A stretch of 35,050 nucleotides of DNA from Candidatus Limnocylindrales bacterium (GTDB lineage Bacteria > Chloroflexota > Limnocylindria > Limnocylindrales > CSP1-4): assembly GCA_036508975.1 (NCBI GenBank), contig DATCGK010000130.1:1-35050 (forward strand), written 5' to 3'. The first letter of the stretch is position 1. Each line of letters starts with the position of its first letter. Below are positions 1 to 8,921 of this stretch, piece by piece. A program made the position numbers and the translations under genes. The notes beneath the pieces are model-generated. The model was given only the letters and a program-made list of their open reading frames with translations. It did not search any database and had not been told where the DNA came from.

Positions 1-543
1 GGGGAACGGCAGCATCTGCCACTTGATGATGACGAAGAAGACGAGCAGGAGCCCCAGGAAGAACGATGGGAGCGAGTAGCCGATCAGCGAGATGGTCATG
101 ACGACCCGGTCCTGCCAGCGTCCCCGACGGAGCGCGGCGTAGATGCCGAGCGATATCCCGATGATGAGCCAGATGACGAACGCCCCGATCGCGAGAAAGA
201 AGGTGACCGGGGCCGAGCGCATGATCAGCGACATCACCGACTCGTGCCGGGTGAACGAGTAGCCGAGACACGGGGCGCTGCAGACGATCGGCTTCGGCGA
301 GTCCGGGGAGAAGGTGCGCCCGACGAAGATGCCCGACACAAACTTGACGTACTGAGTCAGGGGCGGCTCGTCGAGGCCCAGGCGGTGCCGGTTCGCCTCG
401 ATGATCGCGGGGGTGCAGGCCTTCCCGCAGGTGAGCCTTGCGGGGTCACCCGGCAGGAGGTTGAACAGGAAGAAGACGGTCAAGCTCAGGAGGAACAGGA
501 GCAGGAACATCATCAGGACTCGGCGAACGATGTACGCCGCCAT
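1..543 (-). CDS. ABC transporter permease, DppB/OppB-like (peptide/nickel family). N-terminal 181 codons only; the C-terminus runs off the left edge
   Basis: Absent from the ORF track because no stop lies in the window. My minus-strand translation from the ATG at 543 reads MAAYIVRRVLMMFLLLFLLSLTVFFLFNLLPGDPARL...LIGYSLPSFFLGLLLVFFVIIKWQMLPFP. This shows the typical DppB/OppB N-terminal TM helix plus LPGDP motif. GGGAGGAAG lies upstream of the ATG. Confidence 0.85.
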   Translation of the reverse strand, partial: MAAYIVRRVLMMFLLLFLLSLTVFFLFNLLPGDPARLTCGKACTPAIIEANRHRLGLDEPPLTQYVKFVSGIFVGRTFSPDSPKPIVCSAPCLGYSFTRHESVMSLIMRSAPVTFFLAIGAFVIWLIIGISLGIYAALRRGRWQDRVVMTISLIGYSLPSFFLGLLLVFFVIIKWQMLPFP

Positions 544-575
544 CTATGCCTCTTCCTCCCGATGCACAGCACGTG

Positions 576-614
576 GTCCCCGGGGGCGGGCGGCGATGCC
601 GCTCCCCCGGGGAC
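576..614 (-). other. Intercistronic stem-loop between the SBP stop and the DppB-like start
   Basis: gtccccggggg (576-586) and cccccggggac (604-614) are perfect reverse complements (11 bp). An inner gcggc/gccgc pair extends the structure. This position is typical for mRNA-stabilising hairpins after ABC SBP genes. Confidence 0.5.
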
Positions 615-656
615 CTGGATGCTAGTTGCTAAGCCAGGCTGGACGCGTTCCCGACC

Positions 657-2501
657 TTACGGGGTCACGTACAGTGCGCCGTACGGCCAGGAGCCGTAGG
701 CAGCCCAGCGGTAGGCCGGCGCGATCTTCGATCCGGCGATGGTCTGGCTGAGCCCGAAGAAGGTCGGGATCGCGTACATGTTCTCCGCGGCCTCCTTGTT
801 GAGCGCCTGCCAGAGGCCCTCCTGCTTGGTGCGGTCGAGCTCGGTCAGCGCGGCGTCGACCTTCGCGTTGAAGGCCGGGTCGTCGAGCTGCGAGAGGTCC
901 CAGCCACCCTTCACGGTGAACAGCGGCGGGATGACGGTCGAGGCGTTCGGCCAGTCAGCACCCCAGCCGCCCATGCCGAATTCGCCGGCCGATGCCGGGT
1001 CGAACACGACACTGTAGTACTTGCCGGCCTCGATCGGGCCCGGCGTGACCGTGATCCCGGCCTTGCCCAGCGAGTCGATGACGATCGCCGCGGTCTTCTG
1101 GTTGACCGGGGTATCAGCGAAGTTGAAGGTGAGCTTCGGAGCTGCCTCGCCCGATTCGGTGATCAGCTTCTTGGCAAGCACCGGGTCGCCGGTGTCCGGG
1201 ACCGGCTGCCCGAAGAAGGTGTCCCATAGTCCGGTCGGGGCATAGTCGGCCCCGATGTTCGGCTTGACCACGCCGTCGGCGTAGGAGCCGGCGAAGGCGC
1301 CGCCGATGTTCAGGCGGATCGCGGACCGGTCCAGGGCGACCGCCATGGCCTGGCGGATCTTGACGTTCTTGACCTTCTGGACGTTGATGAAGTAGTACCG
1401 GGAGTACGGGTCGAAGCCGCTGATCGCGCGGTTCGCGTAGTCGGGGTTCGCCGTCTCCGCGTCCTTGAAGACCACGGAGAGGTTCTCGGGCTGGACGTTG
1501 CCGTACTGGACCGCGTAGGCGTCATTGCCCGCGCTCTGCATGATCCGCTGGTCGATGACCTTGGGATCGATGCCGAAGTCGACCTCCCACTTGTCGGGAT
1601 ACGGGGTGCGGTACGGGTCGCTCGCCTGGCTCCAGTTCTCGTTCCTGGACAGGAGCATCTTGCCGCCGTTGCCGGTCGTGTAGCTGTCGACCTTGTAGGG
1701 GCCCGAGGAGACCGGCAGCACCGTGGACCCGTAGGTCTCGCCTGTGTCGGCGGCCTGGGGGACCGGCGAGAAGCCAAGCGTGACGGTGTAGTTGAAGTCC
1801 GCGATCGCCTTGATCAGGTTGAAGGTGATCGTCTTGTTGTCGGCGGAGCAGGTGACGGCCTTGTCGTACAGGTCCTGGCCCGTCTTCTTGTAGGGGCCCT
1901 TGTACTCCGAGGAGCCGTCGGCCGCGCTCGGGATGTCGAGGTACGCGATGGCGTACGTCGGGCCCTGGTTGATGACGTCGATCGCGAACGTCCGCGAGAC
2001 GCCGTACTTGACGTCCGCGCAGGTGATCGGCGACCCGTCCTGGAAGGTGACGCCGTCACGCAGCGTGAAGGCCCAGGTCTTGCCGCCGTTGGTGGCCGTG
2101 CCGAGGTCGGTCGCGAGGTCCGGGGTGAGCGACGTGCCCTCCTTCTGGTCCGGCGAGAGCTTGTACGCCGTCAGGGAGCGGTAGATCGTGGCCGAGAAGA
2201 AGGCCATGTCCTCGCCGGTGTAGGCGCGCTGCGGATCGACCTGGTTCCACTGTTCGCTCTGCGTGAGGATGTAGATGGTCCCGCCCTTCGTGCCCGTGGG
2301 GGCCGTGGAAGCGGGAGCCGTGCTCGGTGCCACCGAGGCACCCCCGGCGCTCGCCGAGGCGACCGGGGCGCTGGTGGCGGCCGGGGCGCTGGTGGCGGGC
2401 GGGGCGGTGGTGGCGGTCGAGCCACCGCAGGCCCCCAGGGCCAGCGTGGCGACGACGCCGATGGTTACGCCACGCAACCACTTCGTGTCTGATCTCACCA
2501 T
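657..2501 (-). CDS. ABC transporter substrate-binding lipoprotein, family 5 (DppA/OppA-like)
   Basis: ORF 657..2537. I prefer the ATG at 2501 (MVRSDTKW...) because GGAGGA lies 4 nt upstream. The signal peptide has a lipobox, LALGAC. A Ser/Ala/Pro/Thr linker is followed by a long family-5 SBP-like body. Confidence 0.9.
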   Translation of the reverse strand: MVRSDTKWLRGVTIGVVATLALGACGGSTATTAPPATSAPAATSAPVASASAGGASVAPSTAPASTAPTGTKGGTIYILTQSEQWNQVDPQRAYTGEDMAFFSATIYRSLTAYKLSPDQKEGTSLTPDLATDLGTATNGGKTWAFTLRDGVTFQDGSPITCADVKYGVSRTFAIDVINQGPTYAIAYLDIPSAADGSSEYKGPYKKTGQDLYDKAVTCSADNKTITFNLIKAIADFNYTVTLGFSPVPQAADTGETYGSTVLPVSSGPYKVDSYTTGNGGKMLLSRNENWSQASDPYRTPYPDKWEVDFGIDPKVIDQRIMQSAGNDAYAVQYGNVQPENLSVVFKDAETANPDYANRAISGFDPYSRYYFINVQKVKNVKIRQAMAVALDRSAIRLNIGGAFAGSYADGVVKPNIGADYAPTGLWDTFFGQPVPDTGDPVLAKKLITESGEAAPKLTFNFADTPVNQKTAAIVIDSLGKAGITVTPGPIEAGKYYSVVFDPASAGEFGMGGWGADWPNASTVIPPLFTVKGGWDLSQLDDPAFNAKVDAALTELDRTKQEGLWQALNKEAAENMYAIPTFFGLSQTIAGSKIAPAYRWAAYGSWPYGALYVTP

Positions 2502-2569
2502 TGTCTCCTCCAAGGTCTTGCCGGAACGCCCCGGCACAATCCGATACTACATGCGGAACCACGGCGCAT

Positions 2570-2605
2570 GCACAAGAGATACACGGGTGGGCCGGCCCAC
2601 CCGTG
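2570..2605 (-). terminator. Terminator-like perfect palindrome plus U-rich tail between the DppC-like gene and the SBP gene
   Basis: cacgggtgggcc/ggcccacccgtg (2582-2605) is a 24-nt perfect palindrome. On the minus strand it is followed by TATCTCTTGTG. A TAGTAT -10-like hexamer (2544-2549, minus) follows, upstream of the SBP start. Confidence 0.45.
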
Positions 2606-2619
2606 CGTTGGTGGCCGCC

Positions 2620-3561
2620 TCAGTGAGCACCTTTCGGATCCAAGGCGTCCCGGAGCGAGTCACCGAACAGGTTGAACGAGACGACGAGGACAACGAGGAT
2701 GGTCCCCGGGATGAACAGGTAGGTCGGGACGACGTTGAAGTAGGTCACCGAGTTGGCGAGCATCGCGCCGAACGTCGTGTCGGGCGGGAGGATGCCGACG
2801 CCCAGGAACGACAGGGCGGCCTCCAGGCCGATGTACGAGGGCAGCGTGAGCGTCGCATAGACGAGGATCGGCGCCCACAGGTTCGGAAGGATCTCGGTGA
2901 ACAGGATCCTGCGCTTGCTCGACCCCATGGCGACCGCGGCTTCGACGAACTCGCGTTCGCGGAAGCTGAGCACCTGTCCCCGCACGATACGGGCGAGATA
3001 TGGCCAGCCGAAGATGCTCATCACGAGGATCAGGTAGACGATCCGTGACGGGTTGCCCTCGGGTACCCCCAGGTCGGTCAGGCGCTGCGTGAGGACCCCG
3101 GAGAGGGCGAGGATGATCAGGATCAAGGGGAATGCGAGGATCAGGTCCATGAGGCGACCGAGGACGCTATCGGTCAAGCCCCCGGTATAGCCGGCGACGA
3201 TGCCGATCACGGTCCCCAGCGTGACGGTGATGAACGTGGCGGTGGTCGAGATCACGAGGGAGATCCGCAGGCCGAACAGCAGCTGGGCGGCGATGTCCCG
3301 GCCGGTGCCCCATTCGACCCCGAGCGGGTGCGCAGCACTGATCCCGCCAAAGTCCCCGATCGGCCGCCCGCCCATGTCGCTGATCGCGGTCGCGTCGAAG
3401 GTATAGGGGCTCACGCTCAAGGCGCCGGCGATGAACGGGCCGAAGATGGCGATGGCGTACATCGCCACCAGGATGATCAGGCACACCATCGCGAGGCGGT
3501 CGCGACGGAGACGCGCCCAGACGATCTGGCGAAGGCTTCTACCACCCAAGGCTTCTACCAC
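2620..3561 (-). CDS. ABC transporter permease, DppC/OppC-like
   Basis: 313-aa ORF with a basic N-terminus (LRQIVWARLRRDRLAMVCLIILV), six hydrophobic segments and a BPD-transporter-type core. The start is the GTG at 3561 (see the 16-bp duplication finding). It is out of the canonical SBP-B-C order. Confidence 0.8.
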   Translation of the reverse strand: MVEALGGRSLRQIVWARLRRDRLAMVCLIILVAMYAIAIFGPFIAGALSVSPYTFDATAISDMGGRPIGDFGGISAAHPLGVEWGTGRDIAAQLLFGLRISLVISTTATFITVTLGTVIGIVAGYTGGLTDSVLGRLMDLILAFPLILIILALSGVLTQRLTDLGVPEGNPSRIVYLILVMSIFGWPYLARIVRGQVLSFREREFVEAAVAMGSSKRRILFTEILPNLWAPILVYATLTLPSYIGLEAALSFLGVGILPPDTTFGAMLANSVTYFNVVPTYLFIPGTILVVLVVSFNLFGDSLRDALDPKGAH

Positions 3562-3563
3562 CC
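3532..3563. repeat. Perfect 16-bp tandem duplication (aaggcttctaccaccc x2) at the 5' end of the DppC-like gene
   Basis: 3532-3547 equals 3548-3563, read directly from the sequence. Confidence 0.9.
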
Positions 3564-3645
3564 ATACCCGCGAGGATAGCGGACGCGTGTCACGCGCGTG
3601 CGGAGCGGGCGCGCGGCCGTCAGCACGTGCGCACCGGCGGCCTCA

Positions 3646-5145
3646 TCAGTCCGGGCATGGCGTCTGGGCACCGGTCATGCCCCGCCACCGGAGGTTCGGC
3701 TGGCGGGCGGCCGTGGCCTCGTCCAGCCGGCGGACCGGCGCCGTGTGCGGCGCGCTGGTCACGACCTCCGGGTCCGTGTCCGCCTCGCGGGCGATCTCCA
3801 GGAGCGCGTCCGCGAACGCGTCGAGCGTCTCCAGCGACTCCGTCTCGGTCGGCTCGATCAGCATCCCCTCCTCCACCGTGAGCGGGAAGTAGATCGTCGG
3901 CGGGTGGTAGCCCTTGTCGATCAGCCGCTTCGCAATGTCCAGGGTGCGGACGCCCGTGCGGTGCTTGATGTCCGCGGCCGAGGCCACGAACTCGTGCATG
4001 CACGCCCGCTCGAACGGGACAAGGTAGGCGGGCGACAGGCGGGCCTTGAGGTAGTTCGCCGCCAGCACGGCGTCGTCCGAGACCTCGCACAGTCCCGACG
4101 CGCCGTGGGCACGGAGGTAGGCGTAGGCCCGGACGAGCACGCCCGTGCTGCCGACGAACGAGCGCATCCGGCCGATGGAGGTCGAACGCTCGCCCGTGCG
4201 CTCGAGGCGGTAGGTCCCGTCGTCCTCGCGCAGGACGCGCGGGCCGGGCAGGAACGGCACGAGGTTCGCGCGGACACCCACGGGACCCGCTCCGGGCCCA
4301 CCGCCGCCGTGCGGCGTGCTGAACGTCTTGTGGACGTTGAAGTGCATGACGTCGAACCCGGCCTCGCCCGGCCGGAACCGCCCGAGGATGGCGTTGAGGT
4401 TCGCGCCATCCATGTAGGCGAGCGCACCGGCGGCGTGGGTCGCCTCCAGCAGCTCCCCGATCCGCCGCTCGAACAGGCCGAGCGTGGACGGGTTGGTGAT
4501 CATGATCGCCGCCGTCCTGGGGCCCAGGGCCGCCCGGAACGCGTCCAGGTCCACGCCGCCGTCGGTCGCGGACGGGATCGTGACCGTGCGGAAGCCGGCC
4601 ATGGACGCGGTCGCCGGGTTGGTCCCGTGCGAGGAGTCCGGGACCAGCACCTCGGTGCGCTCGAGGTCTCCGCGGGACCGGTGGTAGGCCCGGACCATCA
4701 GGATCCCGGTCAGCTCGCCGTGGGCGCCAGCGGCGGGCTGGAGCGTGACCGCGGCCATGCCGCTGATCTCGGCCAGCATCTCCTCCAGCTCGAACAGCAG
4801 TGCGAGCGTGCCCTGGGCCAGCGCGTCGGGGGCCATCGGGTGGAGGCCGGCGAACCCGGGCAGGCGGGCGGCCCACTCGTTGAGCTTCGGGTTGAACTTC
4901 ATCGTGCACGACCCGAGGGGGTAGAACCCTGCGTCAACCGAGTAGTTCAGCGTGGACAGGTTGACGTAGTGGCGGACCACCTCGGGCTCGGCCAGCTCCG
5001 GCAGGGCCGGCGGGCTAACCCGACGGGCACCGGCCGGGATCCGGTCCAGGGCACCCGCCGGCGGATGCGGGATCTTGCCCCCGCCCCGGCCGGGGCGGCT
5101 CAGCTCGAACAACGTGGGCTGCAGGCGCTCGCCGACGACGGTCAC
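3646..5145 (-). CDS. gcvPB: Glycine dehydrogenase (decarboxylating) subunit 2
   Basis: 499 aa. Motifs include YPLGSCTMKFNP..., HGTNPA and HFNVHKTFSTPHGGGGPG (PLP-lysine region). The GTG start overlaps the gcvPA stop (GTGA). Confidence 0.95.
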   Translation of the reverse strand: MTVVGERLQPTLFELSRPGRGGGKIPHPPAGALDRIPAGARRVSPPALPELAEPEVVRHYVNLSTLNYSVDAGFYPLGSCTMKFNPKLNEWAARLPGFAGLHPMAPDALAQGTLALLFELEEMLAEISGMAAVTLQPAAGAHGELTGILMVRAYHRSRGDLERTEVLVPDSSHGTNPATASMAGFRTVTIPSATDGGVDLDAFRAALGPRTAAIMITNPSTLGLFERRIGELLEATHAAGALAYMDGANLNAILGRFRPGEAGFDVMHFNVHKTFSTPHGGGGPGAGPVGVRANLVPFLPGPRVLREDDGTYRLERTGERSTSIGRMRSFVGSTGVLVRAYAYLRAHGASGLCEVSDDAVLAANYLKARLSPAYLVPFERACMHEFVASAADIKHRTGVRTLDIAKRLIDKGYHPPTIYFPLTVEEGMLIEPTETESLETLDAFADALLEIAREADTDPEVVTSAPHTAPVRRLDEATAARQPNLRWRGMTGAQTPCPD

Positions 5146-6530
5146 CGCACACCCCCAGCCACGGCGACGCCGGCCAGCTCGGACCGCAGCGCGCTCGCGA
5201 ACAGCTCGATCTCCGCCGGGGTCGTCACCTCGGTCGCACAGACCAGGAGACCATCGGACAACGACGGCTCGTCCGGAAGCAGGTCGGCGGTCGGGATCCC
5301 GGCCAGCACGCCCCGCTCCAGGAGCCTCGCGTGGACGCCGCGGGCACCGGGCACCCGGACGACGAACTCGTTGAGGTAGGGGCCGGCGTGCAGCCGGGGA
5401 GCGCCGGCTGCGGCCAGGGCCGCCTCCAGCTCCGACGCCCGCGCCGCACCCCCGGCGGCCACGTCACGGAGGCCGTGCGGGCCGATCGCGGCGAGGTAGA
5501 CCGACGCCGCCAGCGCGAGGAGCGCCTGGTTGGTGCAGATGTTGCTGGCCGCCTTCTCGCGGCGGATGTCCTGTTCCCGGGCGCGCATGGTCATGACGAA
5601 CGCGCGCCTGCCGTCGAGGTCGGTGGTCTGGCCGACCAGCCGGCCGGGGATCTGGCGCACGAGCGGATCCGTGCACGACACGATCCCGAGGTACGGGCCG
5701 CCGTACTGGAGCGGGATGCCCAGCGGCTGGCCCTCGCCGGCCGCGATGTCGGCGCCGTACTCGCCGGGAGGGGCCAGCACTGCGAGCGACACCGGCTCGA
5801 TGACGCTGACGAAGAGGGCGCCCGCGGCGTGGGCGAGCCGCCCGATCCCGGGCATGTCCTCGAGCAGGCCGAGGACGTTGGGCTGCGCGGCCACGACACC
5901 GGCCACCGGCCGGGCGGGGTCGGCGAGCAGGGCGGCGAGCGCCGCGAGGTCCGTGGTGCCGGCCAGCGGCCCCTCGGCGACGAGCGGGATGTCGTCCGCC
6001 ACGAGGCCCGCCCCATCCGCGTAGGTCTGCACCGTCTGCCGGTAGTGGGGGTGGACCGCGCGCGAGACGAGGACGCGATCACGCCGGGTCGCCCGGCAGG
6101 TCATGAGTGCCGCCTCCGCGGTCGCGGCCCCGCCGTCGTAGTGCGAGGCGGAGACCACGTCCAGCCCGGTCAGCTCCGCGAGCATCGACTGGTACTCGTA
6201 GATGCTCTGGAGCGTGCCCTGGCTGACCTCGGGCTGGTACGGCGTGTAGGCCGTGTACCACTCGCCCCGGAGCAGCATCTGGTCCACCACGGCGGGCGTC
6301 CAGTGGCGGTAGGCGCCGGCGCCGAGGAAGCTCGCCAGGTCCACGCGGTTCCGGGCGGCCAGGCCCACCAGGCGGGCGGAAAGCTCAAGCTCGGGCTCTG
6401 GCCCGTCCAGGCGGAGCGGACCCGCGCGCAGCGCGCTCGGGATGGCGTCGAACAGCTCGTCGACGGAGGCGACGCCGATCGTCTCGAGCATCCGCGCCCG
6501 GTCATCGGCCACGTGGGGGCCGTACGGCAT
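5142..6530 (-). CDS. gcvPA: Glycine dehydrogenase (decarboxylating) subunit 1
   Basis: 462 aa. Motifs include FLGAGAYRHWTPAVVD, YTAYTPYQPEVSQGTLQ and ICTNQALLAL. It starts 3 nt after the gcvH stop. Confidence 0.95.
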   Translation of the reverse strand: MPYGPHVADDRARMLETIGVASVDELFDAIPSALRAGPLRLDGPEPELELSARLVGLAARNRVDLASFLGAGAYRHWTPAVVDQMLLRGEWYTAYTPYQPEVSQGTLQSIYEYQSMLAELTGLDVVSASHYDGGAATAEAALMTCRATRRDRVLVSRAVHPHYRQTVQTYADGAGLVADDIPLVAEGPLAGTTDLAALAALLADPARPVAGVVAAQPNVLGLLEDMPGIGRLAHAAGALFVSVIEPVSLAVLAPPGEYGADIAAGEGQPLGIPLQYGGPYLGIVSCTDPLVRQIPGRLVGQTTDLDGRRAFVMTMRAREQDIRREKAASNICTNQALLALAASVYLAAIGPHGLRDVAAGGAARASELEAALAAAGAPRLHAGPYLNEFVVRVPGARGVHARLLERGVLAGIPTADLLPDEPSLSDGLLVCATEVTTPAEIELFASALRSELAGVAVAGGVR

Positions 6531-6533
6531 CGG

Positions 6534-6914
6534 TCAGCCCTCGGCGATGAGAGCGTCGTACGCGTCGGCGTCGAGCAGCGCGTCGAGCTCGCCCGCGTCC
6601 GCGAGCCGGACCCGCAGCATCCAGCCGGCGCCATACGGGTCCGTGTTGACGACCTCGGGCGCGCCGGAGAGCGCGTCGTTGGTGCCGCAGACCTCGCCCG
6701 AGACCGGGGCGTACAGATCGCTGACCGCCTTGACTGACTCGACCACCCCGAACGTTGCCGCCTGCTGGAGGGCCCGGCCTGCGTCCGGCAGCTCGACGAA
6801 CACGATGTCGCCCAGCTGGTCCGCCGCGTGCTGGGTGATGCCGATCACGGCCTCGTCACCCTCGACGCGGATCCACTCATGCTCCTTGGTGTAGCGCAGG
6901 TCGCTGGGGACCAT
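6534..6914 (-). CDS. gcvH: Glycine cleavage system H protein (lipoyl carrier)
   Basis: 126 aa. Motifs include [13 protein letters not shown], the [16 protein letters not shown] lipoyl-lysine motif and DPYGAGWM. Confidence 0.95.
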   Translation of the reverse strand: MVPSDLRYTKEHEWIRVEGDEAVIGITQHAADQLGDIVFVELPDAGRALQQAATFGVVESVKAVSDLYAPVSGEVCGTNDALSGAPEVVNTDPYGAGWMLRVRLADAGELDALLDADAYDALIAEG

Positions 6915-7010
6915 CGGGCGGGTTCCTCCATGACGGTCTCGCGGCGGGTGCCGCGGGGTGGGCGGGATGACCGGGACTTCGTGGCGATGCGGGCGCCGGC
7001 CCGCAGGGCG

Positions 7011-8120
7011 TCAGGCGGGCCGCTTGTAGAACGGGAGCGGCACGACCTCGGCGGCGACCCGGGCGCCGCGGATCTCGACGGCGAGCATCGTACCGGGTTC
7101 GACATGCCCCGGGGCGACGTACGCCATGGCGATCGCCGAGCCCAGGGTGGGCGACATCGTGCCCGAGGTGACGACGCCCGTCGGGCCCTCGGCGTCGAGC
7201 ACCGGGTATCCATGACGGGCGATCCCCCGTTCCCGCAGGACGAGACCCACCAGGCGGCGGTCCACGCCGTCGCGCGCCACGGCCTCGAGCGCCGCACGGC
7301 CCGTGAAGTCGTTGGGCTTGGCCAGCTTGACGACCCGGCCCAGGTTCGCCTGGAAGGGATTGGTCGCCCGGTCCAGCTCGTTGCCGTAGAGCGGCATCCC
7401 GGCCTCCAGGCGCAGGGTGTCGCGGGCGCCGAGGCCCACGGGGACCAGCCCGTGCGGCCGGCCCGCCCCCAGCATGGCGTCCCAGAGATCGCCGGCCCGG
7501 TCCACCTCCGCGAACACCTCGAACCCGTCCTCGCCGGTGTAGCCGGTCCGGGCGACGAGCGCGTGCATCCCTGCGACGGTTCCCTCCGCGATGCCGTAGT
7601 ACCGGATCTTCGCCAGGTCGATGTCCGTCAGCGGCCCCAGGATCTCCAGGGAGCGCGGACCCTGCACCGCCACGAGGCAGGTGGCCAGGGATCGATCGTC
7701 CAGCACCGCCCGGAACCCGTCCAGCCGCTCCGCGAGCGCGTCCGAGACCACCCGCGCGTTGGAGGCGTTGGCCACGACCATGAACCGGTCCTCGGCCAGC
7801 CGGTAGACGATCAGGTCGTCCAGGATCCCGCCGTCGGGCGCACAGATCATCGAGTAGTGGGCACGGCCGACGGCCAGGGCCGGCGGATCGGTGACGAGCG
7901 CGGCCGCCAGCGCGGCTCCGGCCTCCGGGCCCTCCACCACCAGCTCGCCCATGTGGGACAGGTCGAACAGCCCGGCTGCGCCACGGACCGCGCGGTGCTC
8001 CTCCAGGATGCCGGCGTACTGGATGGGCATCAGCCAGCCGGCGAACTCCACGATCTTCGCGCCCAGCGCTTCGTGGCGGTCCAGCAGCGGTGTGGGCAGC
8101 GGCGCGGAGGGCTCGGTCAT
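7011..8120 (-). CDS. gcvT: Aminomethyltransferase (glycine cleavage T protein)
   Basis: 369 aa. Motifs include GWLMPIQY, LFDLSHMGEL, RTGYTGEDGFE and ARDTLRLEAGMPLYGNEL. Confidence 0.95.
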   Translation of the reverse strand: MTEPSAPLPTPLLDRHEALGAKIVEFAGWLMPIQYAGILEEHRAVRGAAGLFDLSHMGELVVEGPEAGAALAAALVTDPPALAVGRAHYSMICAPDGGILDDLIVYRLAEDRFMVVANASNARVVSDALAERLDGFRAVLDDRSLATCLVAVQGPRSLEILGPLTDIDLAKIRYYGIAEGTVAGMHALVARTGYTGEDGFEVFAEVDRAGDLWDAMLGAGRPHGLVPVGLGARDTLRLEAGMPLYGNELDRATNPFQANLGRVVKLAKPNDFTGRAALEAVARDGVDRRLVGLVLRERGIARHGYPVLDAEGPTGVVTSGTMSPTLGSAIAMAYVAPGHVEPGTMLAVEIRGARVAAEVVPLPFYKRPA

Positions 8121-8653
8121 GGCGGTGTCTGCCTCGTGGTTGTGCCCGTGCCCGGGAACGTGCCGTCGGTGGCGGCCAGGCCGGCGCGGGCGACCAGGGC
8201 CCGCTCCGTCTCGAACGTCAGGAGAGTGGCGGCCTCGTCGAACCCGATCCAGCGGACCTCGTCGAACTCATGGTCATGGTGTGCGAGATCCCCGCCCGTG
8301 GGGACCATCAGGTAGTACTGCACGGTCTTGGCGATGCGCGTCCGACCCTGCACGAACGAGTAGGCGATGGAGTCGAAGGGCCGGACGATGTCGACCTCGA
8401 GGCCGGACTCCTCCCCCACCTCGCGCAGCGCCGTCTGCTCCATGGTCTCCTCGGCGTGCGGCGTGCCCTTGGGCAGCGTCCAGGTGACCCCATCACGGTC
8501 ACGCAGGCGCTTGCCGACGACGAACTGTGGGGATGATCCGTCGAACCTGACGACGATGCCACCGGCCGAGGTGGCGGTGGCCTGTCTCAGGCGGGCCACG
8601 CCGGCGCCACGGAGGAGCGGTGCGGGCCACCTGCGCGGTGCGTGCTCGTCCAT
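8117..8653 (-). CDS. NUDIX hydrolase
   Basis: This is the C-terminal part of track ORF 8117..9577. The NUDIX box is GTPHAEETMEQTALREVGEESGL (Gx5Ex7REUxEExGU). The ATG at 8653 (MDEHAPRRW) gives 178 aa, and the stop overlaps the gcvT ATG (ATGA). The start is uncertain; an in-frame GTG lies further upstream. Confidence 0.8.
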   Translation of the reverse strand: MDEHAPRRWPAPLLRGAGVARLRQATATSAGGIVVRFDGSSPQFVVGKRLRDRDGVTWTLPKGTPHAEETMEQTALREVGEESGLEVDIVRPFDSIAYSFVQGRTRIAKTVQYYLMVPTGGDLAHHDHEFDEVRWIGFDEAATLLTFETERALVARAGLAATDGTFPGTGTTTRQTPP

Positions 8654-8921
8654 GACATCGCGGCCGCGTGCCGCGGACGTCCGCTCCGGAGCGGGCGGGC
8701 CGGTGCGACCGTCAGGCTTCGCCACGGCGTGCGGAGCGCGGTCAGCGGGCCGACGTCGGGACGGCGGAGGACGGTCCGACGGGCAGGGGCGGCCACGAAC
8801 GCGGTTCCGGGCCTCAGGCCGAGTCGCCGCTCGCGGGCCCGGGCCGACGGGTGGCTGAAGCGCGCCGGCCAAGCCGCGTACCGGGCGGCGATGCTGTGCT
8901 GCATGTCCGCATCGTACCTCG

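Noticed and set aside
2357-2415. Short 18-nt repeats (ggggcgctggtggcgg...) inside the SBP gene.
   Set aside because: They are in frame and encode the Ala/Thr/Ser/Pro linker after the lipobox (PATSAPAATSAP). This is ordinary low-complexity linker DNA.
3598-5379. Long plus-strand ORF (593 aa) antisense to gcvPB/gcvPA. Similar cases are 5331..6737, 6828..8315, 10014..11711 (antisense to acnA), 14454..16376, 19593..21278, 24601..26007, 25977..27440 and 27215..30247.
   Set aside because: The products are Arg/Pro/Ala/Gly-rich and low in complexity. They lie opposite or out of frame to genes with unmistakable conserved motifs. Stop codons are simply rare in this GC-rich DNA.
8587-8904. 105-aa minus-strand ORF (MQHSIAARYAAWPARF...) in the gap upstream of the NUDIX gene, with fairly high third-position GC.
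   Set aside because: It has almost no acidic residues, an extreme Arg/Pro/Ala content and no recognisable motif. It overlaps the NUDIX start out of frame. I kept it only as a note inside the gcv-leader finding.
8654-8921. Expected glycine riboswitch upstream of the gcv operon.
   Set aside because: Reading the minus strand, I could not find the conserved GGAGAG / CACCGAAGGGGCAA-type cores. This needs cmsearch to be definitive.
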